Notes under the pieces: model-generated
Database searches by the model: none
Seen by the model: only the letters and a program-made list of their open reading frames with translations
What the model was told of the DNA's origin: nothing
Assembly (NCBI GenBank): GCA_016874845.1
Contig: VGSZ01000001.1
Location: 4,581-68,580 of the forward strand
Direction of reading: 5' to 3'
DNA: 64,000 nucleotides
From: Deltaproteobacteria bacterium
GTDB lineage: Bacteria > Myxococcota > UBA727 > VGSZ01
Shown: piece after piece, positions 1 through 8,489 of the stretch
How the letters are laid out: each line of letters starts with the position of its first letter
Position numbering within the stretch: the first letter of the stretch is position 1
Position numbers and translations under genes: made by a program

Positions 1-2
1 AC

Positions 3-1601
3 CCCGGGCTCGACGACAACGACGAGCTGCAGGGCACGCTGCGCATGGTGGTCGAGACCGACGAGGACGAGTACCAGGTCAACGGCACTCCGCTGCTCGC
101 CGACAACGAAGAAGAACTCGACGTCGTGTTCCTCGCACCGCCGGCTGGCCGCGACGCCGATCCCGACGTCGACAGCGAGATCCCCGAGGTCGAAGGTGAC
201 CAGGTCGTCCCCAACGCCGCGGCGCCCGGCCCGTACCTCGAGGTCGACAACCTGACCCCGACGTGGACGTGGTCGGTGGGCAACGAGTGGGTCGGCGCCA
301 ACGCGCAGATCCTGAACCGCACGACGAAGCAGCGCTACGCCGGCGCGGTGATCTCGCAGGACGTCACCACCGACAACTTCGCGCGCATCAACGCGATCAA
401 GAACAGCATCGACATCGTCGCGCTGCAGGGCACCATCGAGTGGGGCACGCAGCGGACGATGACGCAGAACAAGGCGTCGGGCCGTCTGGTGCTGATGGGC
501 ACCACCTACATGGACATCAACTTCCAGCCGGGCATCCAGTGCAGCATCGAAGACGACTTCGAGACCTGCATGGTGCTGGCCGGTGAGTTCCGCCCGCGCA
601 AGAACGAAGGCGTTCCGACGCGCACGCCGCGCCCGAAGAAGCGCACCTACCTGAACTACCAGCGCAGTAGGGAGTTCTATTTCCAATTGGGGCCGATCCC
701 GTTCGTGATCGAGATCAGCGTGTCGGCGGGCCTCGGTATGCGCGGCACCGTCGCCTTCGTCCAGGACCGCTCGGCCAACGACGCCGACGGCACCGCGGTG
801 ACGACGGGCCTGCAGGTGACGATGGGCCCGGTGCTCGACGCCGGCGGATCGGTGTTCGGCGGCCTCAACCTCGCGGTCACCCGCGTCGGCATCCGCGGCG
901 CCGTCACCTTCGCGTCGGTCGAGTTCCAGCCGTCGGTGCTCGTCGGCTGGACGCAAGAGATCGACGAGAAGGGCAACACCGATCCCGCCGACGACTGCTG
1001 GAAGATGAACACCGGCCAGATCCGCTGGGAGGGTCCGCTGACGGTGACGGTGCTGTCGGGTGACATCAGCGTTATCGCCGAGGGTGGCATCTGCGGCTGC
1101 GTGCCGTGGGTCGGGTGCGCGTGCGCGTGGGGCGAGATCTTCTCGTTCACCATCGTCAGGATCCCGCCGGCGTATACGAACACCTGGATGCTGTTCCAGA
1201 GCACGTACGACTTCGCCAACGGCCCCGGCATGTGCACGCCGCCGCCGGCGGGCGGGCTCGGCGTCGGCGCGACCTGGAACTCGCCGCGGGTGTCGGGCTG
1301 CAACGACTGGTCGGGTGCGGCCTCGTACTGCAACAACGCCAACGGCACCGGCAGCTACGCCGCCGACTTCGCGCGGCCGGCGAACACCTGCGGTGCGCTC
1401 GTGATCAACGGGTCGACCGAGTCTTTCTTTGACTTCCTCACCGTGCTCGACGCCAACGGCAACCGGCTGATCCGCGAGTCCGGCACGTTCAGCAACCGGC
1501 GCATCAACGTGTGCGCCAACGCGGCCGGCCGCTCGGCCTCCGTGCGCCTCGAAACCGACTTCTCCATAATCGCGCCCGGCGTCAGCGTCCGCCAGGAGTG
1601 A
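3..1601 (+). CDS. Large putative secreted beta-rich protein, C-terminal part (5' truncated by window), ending in a CUB-like module
   Basis: Frame is open from the window edge to TGA 1599-1601 with typical GC3 codon use. Amphipathic beta-strand pattern, Cys cluster GICGCVPWVGCAC, and C-terminal TESFFDFLTVLD...LETDFSI resembling a CUB domain. Confidence 0.6.
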   Translation, partial: PGLDDNDELQGTLRMVVETDEDEYQVNGTPLLADNEEELDVVFLAPPAGRDADPDVDSEIPEVEGDQVVPNAAAPGPYLEVDNLTPTWTWSVGNEWVGANAQILNRTTKQRYAGAVISQDVTTDNFARINAIKNSIDIVALQGTIEWGTQRTMTQNKASGRLVLMGTTYMDINFQPGIQCSIEDDFETCMVLAGEFRPRKNEGVPTRTPRPKKRTYLNYQRSREFYFQLGPIPFVIEISVSAGLGMRGTVAFVQDRSANDADGTAVTTGLQVTMGPVLDAGGSVFGGLNLAVTRVGIRGAVTFASVEFQPSVLVGWTQEIDEKGNTDPADDCWKMNTGQIRWEGPLTVTVLSGDISVIAEGGICGCVPWVGCACAWGEIFSFTIVRIPPAYTNTWMLFQSTYDFANGPGMCTPPPAGGLGVGATWNSPRVSGCNDWSGAASYCNNANGTGSYAADFARPANTCGALVINGSTESFFDFLTVLDANGNRLIRESGTFSNRRINVCANAAGRSASVRLETDFSIIAPGVSVRQE

Positions 1602-1632
1602 GCCCGGCGCGCTCCCGCTGACGGAAGAAGAG

Positions 1633-1665
1633 AGGCGGCCCCGGGTGACCGGGGCCGCCTTTTTT
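1633..1665 (+). terminator. Rho-independent terminator
   Basis: 12-bp perfect stem AGGCGGCCCCGG/CCGGGGCCGCCT, 4-nt loop, T-run, 32 nt after the stop codon. Confidence 0.9.
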
Positions 1666-1726
1666 CGTGCGCCATCCACGCCCGCGCCGACGTCGACTCC
1701 TGTCCCCGCGGTGCTACCTTGTCGAC

Positions 1727-3058
1727 GTGCGCTCCCGCCTGATCGCCCTCGCCGTCGCCGCCGTCGTCGTCGATGCGGTCGGCGCCTGCGCCGTCGACGC
1801 CGACGCGCTGGATGCCGCGCCCGCGAGCGCGCGCGCCTTGCGCGACGGCACGCCGCTCGCTCCCGCCGATGCGCTCGCCGCCGTCGCCGTCGGCCGGCTC
1901 GTCGACGTCGATGGTCGGCTCCGCTGCACCGCCACCGCCCTCGGACCGCGCCACGTCCTGACCGCGCGCCACTGCCTGCGCCCCGGCGGCGACGTCGATG
2001 CCATCCTCGACGAGCGCACCCTCGGGTTCCGCGAGCGCGGCGACGACGTCGTGCGCCCGGTCGTCACCGTCGCGCGCCACCCCGACCTCGACCTCGCCTT
2101 GCTCGGCCTCGGGGCCGCCGTGCGCGGCGCCGCCGTCGTCGACGTCGCATCCCCCGCGGCGGGCGACGCCGTCACCGCCGTGGGCGCCGGCCTCGGCACG
2201 CCCGACGACGACGTCGTCCACGCCGGCCGGTTCGTCGTCGACGACGTCCTCGACGACCGCTTCACCGTGGTCGCCGCCGTCGACGCCGGCCTGTGCCCGG
2301 GCGACTCCGGGGCGCCGGTCTTCGCCGCGACCGCCGACGCCATCGCCCTCGTGGGCGTCCACGTCCGCGGCTTCGACGACTGCGGTGGCCCGTCCACCGC
2401 CGTCCGCGTCGACCGCGCCGGCGACTTCCTCGCCGCGGCGACGAGCGCCCCCGTGGGCGCCGCCGCCGACGCCTGCGACGGCGCCGCCGCCGTCGACCAC
2501 TGCGTCGACGACACGCTGCGCCGCTGCGTGCTGCAGACGTGGCGCAGCATCCCCTGTGCAGCCGCCGACCACGCCTGCGTCGACGACGACGGGCAGGGGG
2601 CCCGCTGCGCGCCGGTGCCGTGCGGCGACGTCTCGGCCGCCGGCCGCTGCGAAGGCGGTGTCGCGCTGGCGTGCGTGGGGGGCACGCGCGTCGTCCGCGA
2701 CTGTGCTGCCGCGGAGGGACGTGGCTGCGCCCTCGATCCGTCGACGGGCCGCGTCGGGTGCGTCCCCTGCGACGCCTGCGACGGCGTCTGCGTCGACCAC
2801 GCCGTCGATGACGATCACTGCGGCGCCTGTGGTCACGCCTGCGCGCGCCGCGAGCGCTGCACGGCGGGCGCCTGCGTCGCCCTCACCCCGCGCGACGACG
2901 AAGAGGTCGACGACCCACCACCGCCGCCGCCGCCGCCGGGCGACGAGGACGACGCGGGCGACGGTGTCCGCGCCACCGACGAGGGACCGGGCTGCGCCGG
3001 CAGCGGCGCGTGGGTGGGTGTGTTGTGCGGGCTTCGCCGTCGACGGCGGCGGTCGTGA
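1727..3058 (+). CDS. Trypsin-like (S1) serine protease with Cys-rich repeats and MYXO-CTERM-like anchor
   Basis: Signal-like N-terminus, VLTARHC (His), DLALL (Asp), CPGDSGAP (Ser), DDDHCGACGHAC repeat, C-terminal GC...hydrophobic...RRRRRRS. GTG start at 1727 chosen manually. Confidence 0.85.
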   Translation: MRSRLIALAVAAVVVDAVGACAVDADALDAAPASARALRDGTPLAPADALAAVAVGRLVDVDGRLRCTATALGPRHVLTARHCLRPGGDVDAILDERTLGFRERGDDVVRPVVTVARHPDLDLALLGLGAAVRGAAVVDVASPAAGDAVTAVGAGLGTPDDDVVHAGRFVVDDVLDDRFTVVAAVDAGLCPGDSGAPVFAATADAIALVGVHVRGFDDCGGPSTAVRVDRAGDFLAAATSAPVGAAADACDGAAAVDHCVDDTLRRCVLQTWRSIPCAAADHACVDDDGQGARCAPVPCGDVSAAGRCEGGVALACVGGTRVVRDCAAAEGRGCALDPSTGRVGCVPCDACDGVCVDHAVDDDHCGACGHACARRERCTAGACVALTPRDDEEVDDPPPPPPPPGDEDDAGDGVRATDEGPGCAGSGAWVGVLCGLRRRRRRS

Positions 3059-3507
3059 GCCGCGCGCTTGGGCGGACGTTCGCGCGGACGTTCGCGCTGG
3101 TGTGGATGGGGCTCGCCGGCGTTGGCGCCTGCAACGGGGCCATCGCGCAGAAGGCGCTCGGGCGCCGGCTCGACCTGAGGCTGCCGCACCTGCAGCAGGC
3201 CTACGTGATGTTCATCGAGATCCCGCGCAGCCCGGCGGTGCATACGTTCGTCGACGAGCAGGGTCAGCGCCGCTCGGTGGCCGACCTGCAGGCGGCGCCG
3301 GCGATCGGGTACGCGCGCGCGCGGATCGAGGCGAACTTCACCCTCGCGCCCGAGCTCCTGCGCCACGTCTGTCGGCAGCACATCGACGGCGGCGGCGCAC
3401 CCGTGGACATCACCACCGACGAGCACCGGCTGAATTTCCACCCCGAGCGCCCCTACCGCAGCTACACCGAGCGCTGCACCGCTGCTGGCCTCGCGCGGGT
3501 TCGTTGA
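3055..3507 (+). CDS. Small membrane-anchored protein, possible SdpA-like partner of the HTTM protein
   Basis: GTGA overlap with the upstream stop and TGATG overlap with the downstream start. N-terminal hydrophobic helix and a YVMFIEIP motif. Family assignment is an inference. Confidence 0.55.
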   Translation: MSRALGRTFARTFALVWMGLAGVGACNGAIAQKALGRRLDLRLPHLQQAYVMFIEIPRSPAVHTFVDEQGQRRSVADLQAAPAIGYARARIEANFTLAPELLRHVCRQHIDGGGAPVDITTDEHRLNFHPERPYRSYTERCTAAGLARVR

Positions 3508-6134
3508 TGATCGCGTCGCTCTTCGCCTGGCTCGAACGCGAGCGCGATCCCCGCCCGATCGCGCTGCTGCGCATCACGCTCTTCCTCGGCGTGCTCGTCC
3601 ACTTCCTGCCGTCGCTGCTGGCGCACGACGTCGAGTACGCGGTCACCGCCGCGCGGGCCCGCCTGCACAACGGCTGGCTCTACGACCACCTGGCACAGAC
3701 GCCACGGGTCGTCGTCGGCGCGCTGGCGGTGGCGTTGGTGCTCGCCCTCGTGCTCGGGGTCGTGGGCTTCGCCACCCGCGCGGCGAGCGCGGTGACGATG
3801 GCGCTGACGTGGGTGTTCGCGTCGTGGAACGCCTTGCCCGTCCAGACCATCGCCTTGTTGTGCGCCTGGTCGCTGTTGCCCGTGCTGGCGGTCCTGCCCG
3901 GCGCGTCGTCGACCTGGTCGGTGGAGGCGTGGCTCGCCCGTCGGCAGGGACGCCGCCTGCCCCCGCCTGCGCTGGTGGCGAACCTGTCGTTGTTTCTCGT
4001 CGTGTGGCCGGTGTTCTTCGCCGGCGTCGAGAAGCTCGTGGCCGGCTGGCTGGCGAACCACGAGATGGCGATGCTGTTTCGCACCCCGCCCGGCTACATC
4101 CTGCGCGACGTCGCCGCCCTGCTGCCCTTGCGGTCGGAGTGGTTCGCGGCGGCCATCGGCTGGTTCACGGTCTTCGTCGAGCTGACGGCGCCGGTGCTGC
4201 TGGCGTTTCGACGCACGCGCGCGGTCGGGCTGGCGCTGTGGCTGGCGCTGTTCTCCGGCATCGTGGCGTTGATCGAGGTGCCGCCCCTCTTTGGCGCCGT
4301 CTTCGTCTTCGGCGTGTTCCTGTGTCTCGACGCCGACGAGATCGACCGACTCCTGCGGCGACGGACAGCGTCGTCCGCGCCGTCGGCGGCGCCGTCGTCC
4401 ACGTCGCCGTCCACGTCGTCGTCGACGCCGTCGGCCGCGGCGCTCGTCGTCGGGGTCCTCGTCGGCGTCGGTGGCGGCTGCGCGCCGTCGCTGGCACCGT
4501 CGCCCCCCGATCCCACCGCGGACTGGTTCCGGCGCGACGCCGCGCTGCCCGTCGAAGTCGCGGTGGGCGAGCAGGCCTGGGAGACGCTGCGGCACCAGCA
4601 CCACGACGTCGCTGCCGTGGCCACCAGCCTGTGCAGCGGCGAGCCGCCCGCCGACGTGTACGACTGGCAGCACGCCCACGCCCGCGTCGACGGCGTCGTC
4701 CACGCCGCCGCCGCGGTGCGCAAGAAGGGATTCTTCGGCTCCGACGACACCGCCAGGCCGTCGCTGAAGCTGAAGTGGCGCGACGCCGGTGACGTCGCAT
4801 CGACGACGTTGACGCTGAACAACGCGGTCGCCGACCCCTCGCTGCTGCGCCAGTGTCTGGCGGCGCTGGTGTTCGAGCGCGTCGGCGTGCCCACGCCGCG
4901 CTGCGGCTTCGCCCGCGTCGTCGTCGACGGCGTCGACCGCGGCGTCTTCGTGCACGTCGAGAGCCTGAAGCCGCCGTTCCTGCTCCGCGCGTGGGGCGAA
5001 GACGACGGCGCCTTGTACGAGGGGCGCCTCGCCGACTTCCGCGACGGGATGGACGTGCTGTTCGAGGGCAAGGACGGCGCCGATCCCGCCCGCGACGCCT
5101 CGCTGGCGGCGGTGACGGCGGCGCTCACCGGCACCGACGACACGCTGCTGCCGGCGCTCGAGCGCGCGCTCGACCTGCCCGGCTTCCTCCGCTTCTGGGC
5201 CGCCGAGGTGCTCGTGGCCCACGTCGATGGCTACGCGAACAACCGCAACAACTTCGCGCTGTGGCGGAGCGCACGGGACGGGCGCCTGCGTTTCATCCCG
5301 TGGGGGCTCGACGAGACGTTCGAGGACCGGGGCACGCTGCAGGCGCCCTCGTCGCCCTTCGTGTCGGTGATGGCGCGGGGGCGGCTGGCGCGGCGGCTGT
5401 TCCTGCACCCCGAAGGACGGGCGCGCTTCACCGCCGCGCTGCGCACAGCGCTGCACGACGCCTGGGACGAGCCGGTCCTCCTGGACGCCATCGACGACAT
5501 GGCGGCGATGCTGGCGGAGCACCACGCGGGCGATCAGTGGCGCGAGCTCGACCGCGCCATCGCGCGGACGCGCGCGTTCGTCGAGGGGCGACGCGCGCAG
5601 CTCCTCGCCGAGCTCGAGGGCGACGGCGTCGTCTGGACCGAGCCCGAGCTGCCCGCCGTCTGTCGGCCGCAGGGCGCCGTCGACGTCGCCGTGGCGACGA
5701 GGCTCGGCACGCTGCACGCCGACCCCTTCGTCGCCGGGCGCGGTGACAGCGCGCTGTCGTCGGCGTCGATCGGGGCCCGCGCCGGGCGTGATCGCGAGGG
5801 CCGCTTCGTGCTCGAGGTGGCGCTCGACGACGGCAACGCGGCGCTGCGGGTGCTCCGCGTCGTCGCGCCGTGGGACCGCGTGCGGCCGGGCGCCGTGCTC
5901 CCCTTCGGCGGCACCGGCGACGACGCCACCGCCCTCGTCCTCGACGTCGTCGCCACCGACGGCGCGACGACCCCGCGCGGCGTGCTCGTGGACGGCGGCC
6001 TCGTGCTCGGGACCGCCGCCGACCCCGACGCGGTCGTCGCCCGCGTGCACGGGACCGCGACGTGCGTGGCGCTGCTCGGGGGGCGCTGCGACGGCGACGG
6101 CGACGCGACTGGCAGGCGACTGAAGGGCGACTGA
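3507..6134 (+). CDS. HTTM-domain membrane protein fused to a CotH-family kinase
   Basis: N-terminal multi-TM region with IALLRITL, LGVVGFATR, FFAGVEKL..GW and TVFVEL (HTTM/VKGC-like). C-terminal RKKGFFGS, RPSLKL, LTLNN..DPSLLRQ, DGYANNRNNF and FIPWGLD (CotH). Confidence 0.8.
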   Translation: MIASLFAWLERERDPRPIALLRITLFLGVLVHFLPSLLAHDVEYAVTAARARLHNGWLYDHLAQTPRVVVGALAVALVLALVLGVVGFATRAASAVTMALTWVFASWNALPVQTIALLCAWSLLPVLAVLPGASSTWSVEAWLARRQGRRLPPPALVANLSLFLVVWPVFFAGVEKLVAGWLANHEMAMLFRTPPGYILRDVAALLPLRSEWFAAAIGWFTVFVELTAPVLLAFRRTRAVGLALWLALFSGIVALIEVPPLFGAVFVFGVFLCLDADEIDRLLRRRTASSAPSAAPSSTSPSTSSSTPSAAALVVGVLVGVGGGCAPSLAPSPPDPTADWFRRDAALPVEVAVGEQAWETLRHQHHDVAAVATSLCSGEPPADVYDWQHAHARVDGVVHAAAAVRKKGFFGSDDTARPSLKLKWRDAGDVASTTLTLNNAVADPSLLRQCLAALVFERVGVPTPRCGFARVVVDGVDRGVFVHVESLKPPFLLRAWGEDDGALYEGRLADFRDGMDVLFEGKDGADPARDASLAAVTAALTGTDDTLLPALERALDLPGFLRFWAAEVLVAHVDGYANNRNNFALWRSARDGRLRFIPWGLDETFEDRGTLQAPSSPFVSVMARGRLARRLFLHPEGRARFTAALRTALHDAWDEPVLLDAIDDMAAMLAEHHAGDQWRELDRAIARTRAFVEGRRAQLLAELEGDGVVWTEPELPAVCRPQGAVDVAVATRLGTLHADPFVAGRGDSALSSASIGARAGRDREGRFVLEVALDDGNAALRVLRVVAPWDRVRPGAVLPFGGTGDDATALVLDVVATDGATTPRGVLVDGGLVLGTAADPDAVVARVHGTATCVALLGGRCDGDGDATGRRLKGD

Positions 6135-6174
6135 AGGGCGACTGAAGGGCGACTGAAGGGCGACTGGCAGGCGA
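6105..6174. repeat. 11-bp tandem repeat GCGACTGAAGG (6 units; first and last are GCGACTGGCAG)
   Basis: Read directly. It contains the stop codon of the HTTM-CotH gene. Confidence 0.9.
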
Positions 6175-6369
6175 GGGAAGGCGCCGCCGGAGACTCGGCT
6201 CGCCAAGCTCCCGCGCCCGCTCACGACCTCGGAGGCGCGGGGGGACCCACGCCGACGTCCTCCTCGCGTCCTTTAGGCCAGACGGTGCTCCGTCAGGCCT
6301 TGCGCCAGACGGGACCGGCGGCGTCAACGCCGCGCGTCACTCGCGAGCGAGCCCGGGCGCGGTCAGGGG

Positions 6370-6700
6370 TGAGCCGTCGACAGCGTCGCCGGGGCGGCCC
6401 GCCATCGTCGGGATGCTGCCCTGCGCGAAGTGGCGCACGCCGGCGACGAGAGACGCCACGGCGACGACGAGGCCGAAGGGCGCCATCACCGCCTCGGACA
6501 GGCGCTGGGGCAGCAGCAGCGAGGCGACGCAGAGGACGACGCAGACGACGAGGAGGCCGCGCAGCACGCGGTCGCCGCGGGGCCAGCCCTCGCCCATGCC
6601 GAGCAGCGTGCGGGTGAAGTTCGTGATCCCAATCAGCTCGAGCATCACGATGGCGCCGCCGCCCGAGCCGCTGCCGGCGTTCCAGCCGGCCAGCCAGACC
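6370..6700 (-). pseudogene. Fragment of a multi-TM sensor (7TM-DISM-like)
   Basis: NFTRTLLGMGEGWPRGDRVLRGLLVVCVVL resembles 7TMR-DISM TM segments. No credible start or full-length gene. Confidence 0.4.
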
Positions 6701-6916
6701 GCCGCCGAGCAGCGCGTGCTGCGCGCCCTCGACGACAGGCTGCGCCCGGCAGGAGCGGCGGCACGGCTCGGCCTCGCCATCGGCACCGTGCGCGTGCACC
6801 TGAAGCGCGTCTACGCCGAAACCGGCGCCCACGGGCAGCGGCGCGTCGTCGACCGCTTCGCCCGTATCCGCGCGAGCCTTCTCCCCCACGGACCGTCATG
6901 CGCGCGCTCGGGCTGA
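6698..6916 (+). pseudogene. LuxR-type HTH fragment
   Basis: TAAEQRVL...AAARLGLAIGTVRVHLKRVYAETG, with no N-terminal domain. Confidence 0.65.
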
Positions 6917-7784
6917 CCCTGCACAACGCCCTGACGGCTGCCCGCGCCGTCGGCGCCCCCCCCGACGGCGCCCTGCGCGGGCTGTCGTTCGACGAGGCCG
7001 CGCTCGCGGCTGGACAGGTCTGGGCCTTGGCAGGACACGACGATGTTGTTCGACCGGCTCGAGCCGGCGCTCGACGACGACAAGAGCGACGCCATGGTCG
7101 CCCGGCACGTGCAGACGCACCCGGCGTTTCGCGTCCTCGCCCGCTTCCCGCCGTCGCCGTCGGCGTGGCTGACGCTGTTCTGGCAGCTGAGCGTCCCGGT
7201 GAGTCCGATGACGCGCGTGCTCGCCGACGACGCCGCGACCGACCCCCACGAGTTCACCTACGCGCTGCGTGAGGATGTCGCGCCTTGCCCCTGCTGGCGG
7301 CGTCTCACCCACGTCGCGGCGGTCCATGCCCTGGCGCCCTGTGACGGCCCGCCGCTTGCCGTCGTCGATGTCGCGCTCACCGACGCACGCTGCGCGCCCG
7401 GTACCGTGCGCCCTATCCGCCGTCGGCGGCGGAGCGCCTGATGGCAGCCCACGCCATGACGTCGTGGCCGACGTGCTTGGCGCCCTCGAGCTGCTGGGCG
7501 ACGCGCTCGGACCGGCGGTGCGCGACGGCCACCTCGCCTTCGCCCCCGACCTGCGCGCCCACATCGACGAGGTGGAGCAGCTGCGCGGCGCGTGGGGCGT
7601 GACGCTGACCGAGGCCCGCGTTGCCCCGGGCCTCGCTGACGGGCGCACGCCCGCCGAGGTCGCGGCCCACCAGGGCATTGCGCTGGGCACCGTGCGGTCC
7701 CACCTGAAGCGCCGGTACGCCAAGACCGGGTGCGCCGGCCAACGGGCCCTCGTCGAACGCGTCCGCCGGCGTCGCCTGCGCTGA
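6898..7784 (+). pseudogene. Frameshifted regulator ending in a second LuxR-type HTH
   Basis: ATG 6898. Coding signal moves between frames (6898, 7043, 7269 ORFs) and ends in LTEARVA..LADGRTPAEVAAHQGIALGTVRSHLKRRYAKTG. Confidence 0.55.
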
Positions 7785-7952
7785 GGTCGCCGGCACCGCT
7801 CCCGGCGCCAGCGGCGTCAGCGAGGGGCGGGACGACGCGGATGCGTCGCCCGTCCGGGGGGCGTACGACCATCGGCAGCGCCCGGATGCGACCCGGTGTC
7901 ACCATGCCGTGGTGCGCGGCATCCCTGTGACAACCTCTGACCCGGAGCTCTG

Positions 7953-8432
7953 ATGACGACAGCCCATGACTTCAACTTCGACGGCATCGGCGGCGGCCCG
8001 CTGCCGCTGCAGCAGTTTGCCGGCAAGGTCCTGCTGATCGTGAACGTGGCCTCGCGGTGTGGGTACACGAAGCAATACGCGGGGCTCGAGGCACTGGCGC
8101 GGGATCTGGCGGCCGACGGCGTCGTTGTCATTGGCGTGCCCTGCAACCAGTTCGGCGCGCAGGAGCCCGGTACCGAGGCCGAGATCCACACCTTTTGTTC
8201 GACGAAGTTCGGCGTCACCTTTCCGCTGACCCGCAAGGTGGAGGTGAAGGGACCGGGCGCCCACCCGCTCTACCGGTGGCTGACGGCGGAGACCGGCGGC
8301 GCTGCGATCGGCTGGAACTTCGAGAAGTTCGTGATCGGCAAGGACGGCCGGGTGGCCAAGCGCCTCGGCTCGGGCGCCACGCCCGAGGGCCGCGAGGTGC
8401 GCGCCGCCCTCGCCGCGGCGTTGGCCGCCTGA
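7953..8432 (+). CDS. Glutathione peroxidase family protein (BtuE-like)
   Basis: GKVLLIVNVASRCGYT, PCNQFGAQEPG and WNFEKF motifs. Confidence 0.95.
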   Translation: MTTAHDFNFDGIGGGPLPLQQFAGKVLLIVNVASRCGYTKQYAGLEALARDLAADGVVVIGVPCNQFGAQEPGTEAEIHTFCSTKFGVTFPLTRKVEVKGPGAHPLYRWLTAETGGAAIGWNFEKFVIGKDGRVAKRLGSGATPEGREVRAALAAALAA

Positions 8433-8489
8433 CCCTGACGCGTCGATGTGCCCCTGCTGTCCGGCGCCGCCACGCCGGGGACGCGGCCC

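Noticed and set aside
1998..3506. N-terminal 503 aa of the 1378-aa ORF
   Set aside because: Off-frame overlap of the protease and the small gene. The real start is ATG 3507, coupled to the upstream stop.
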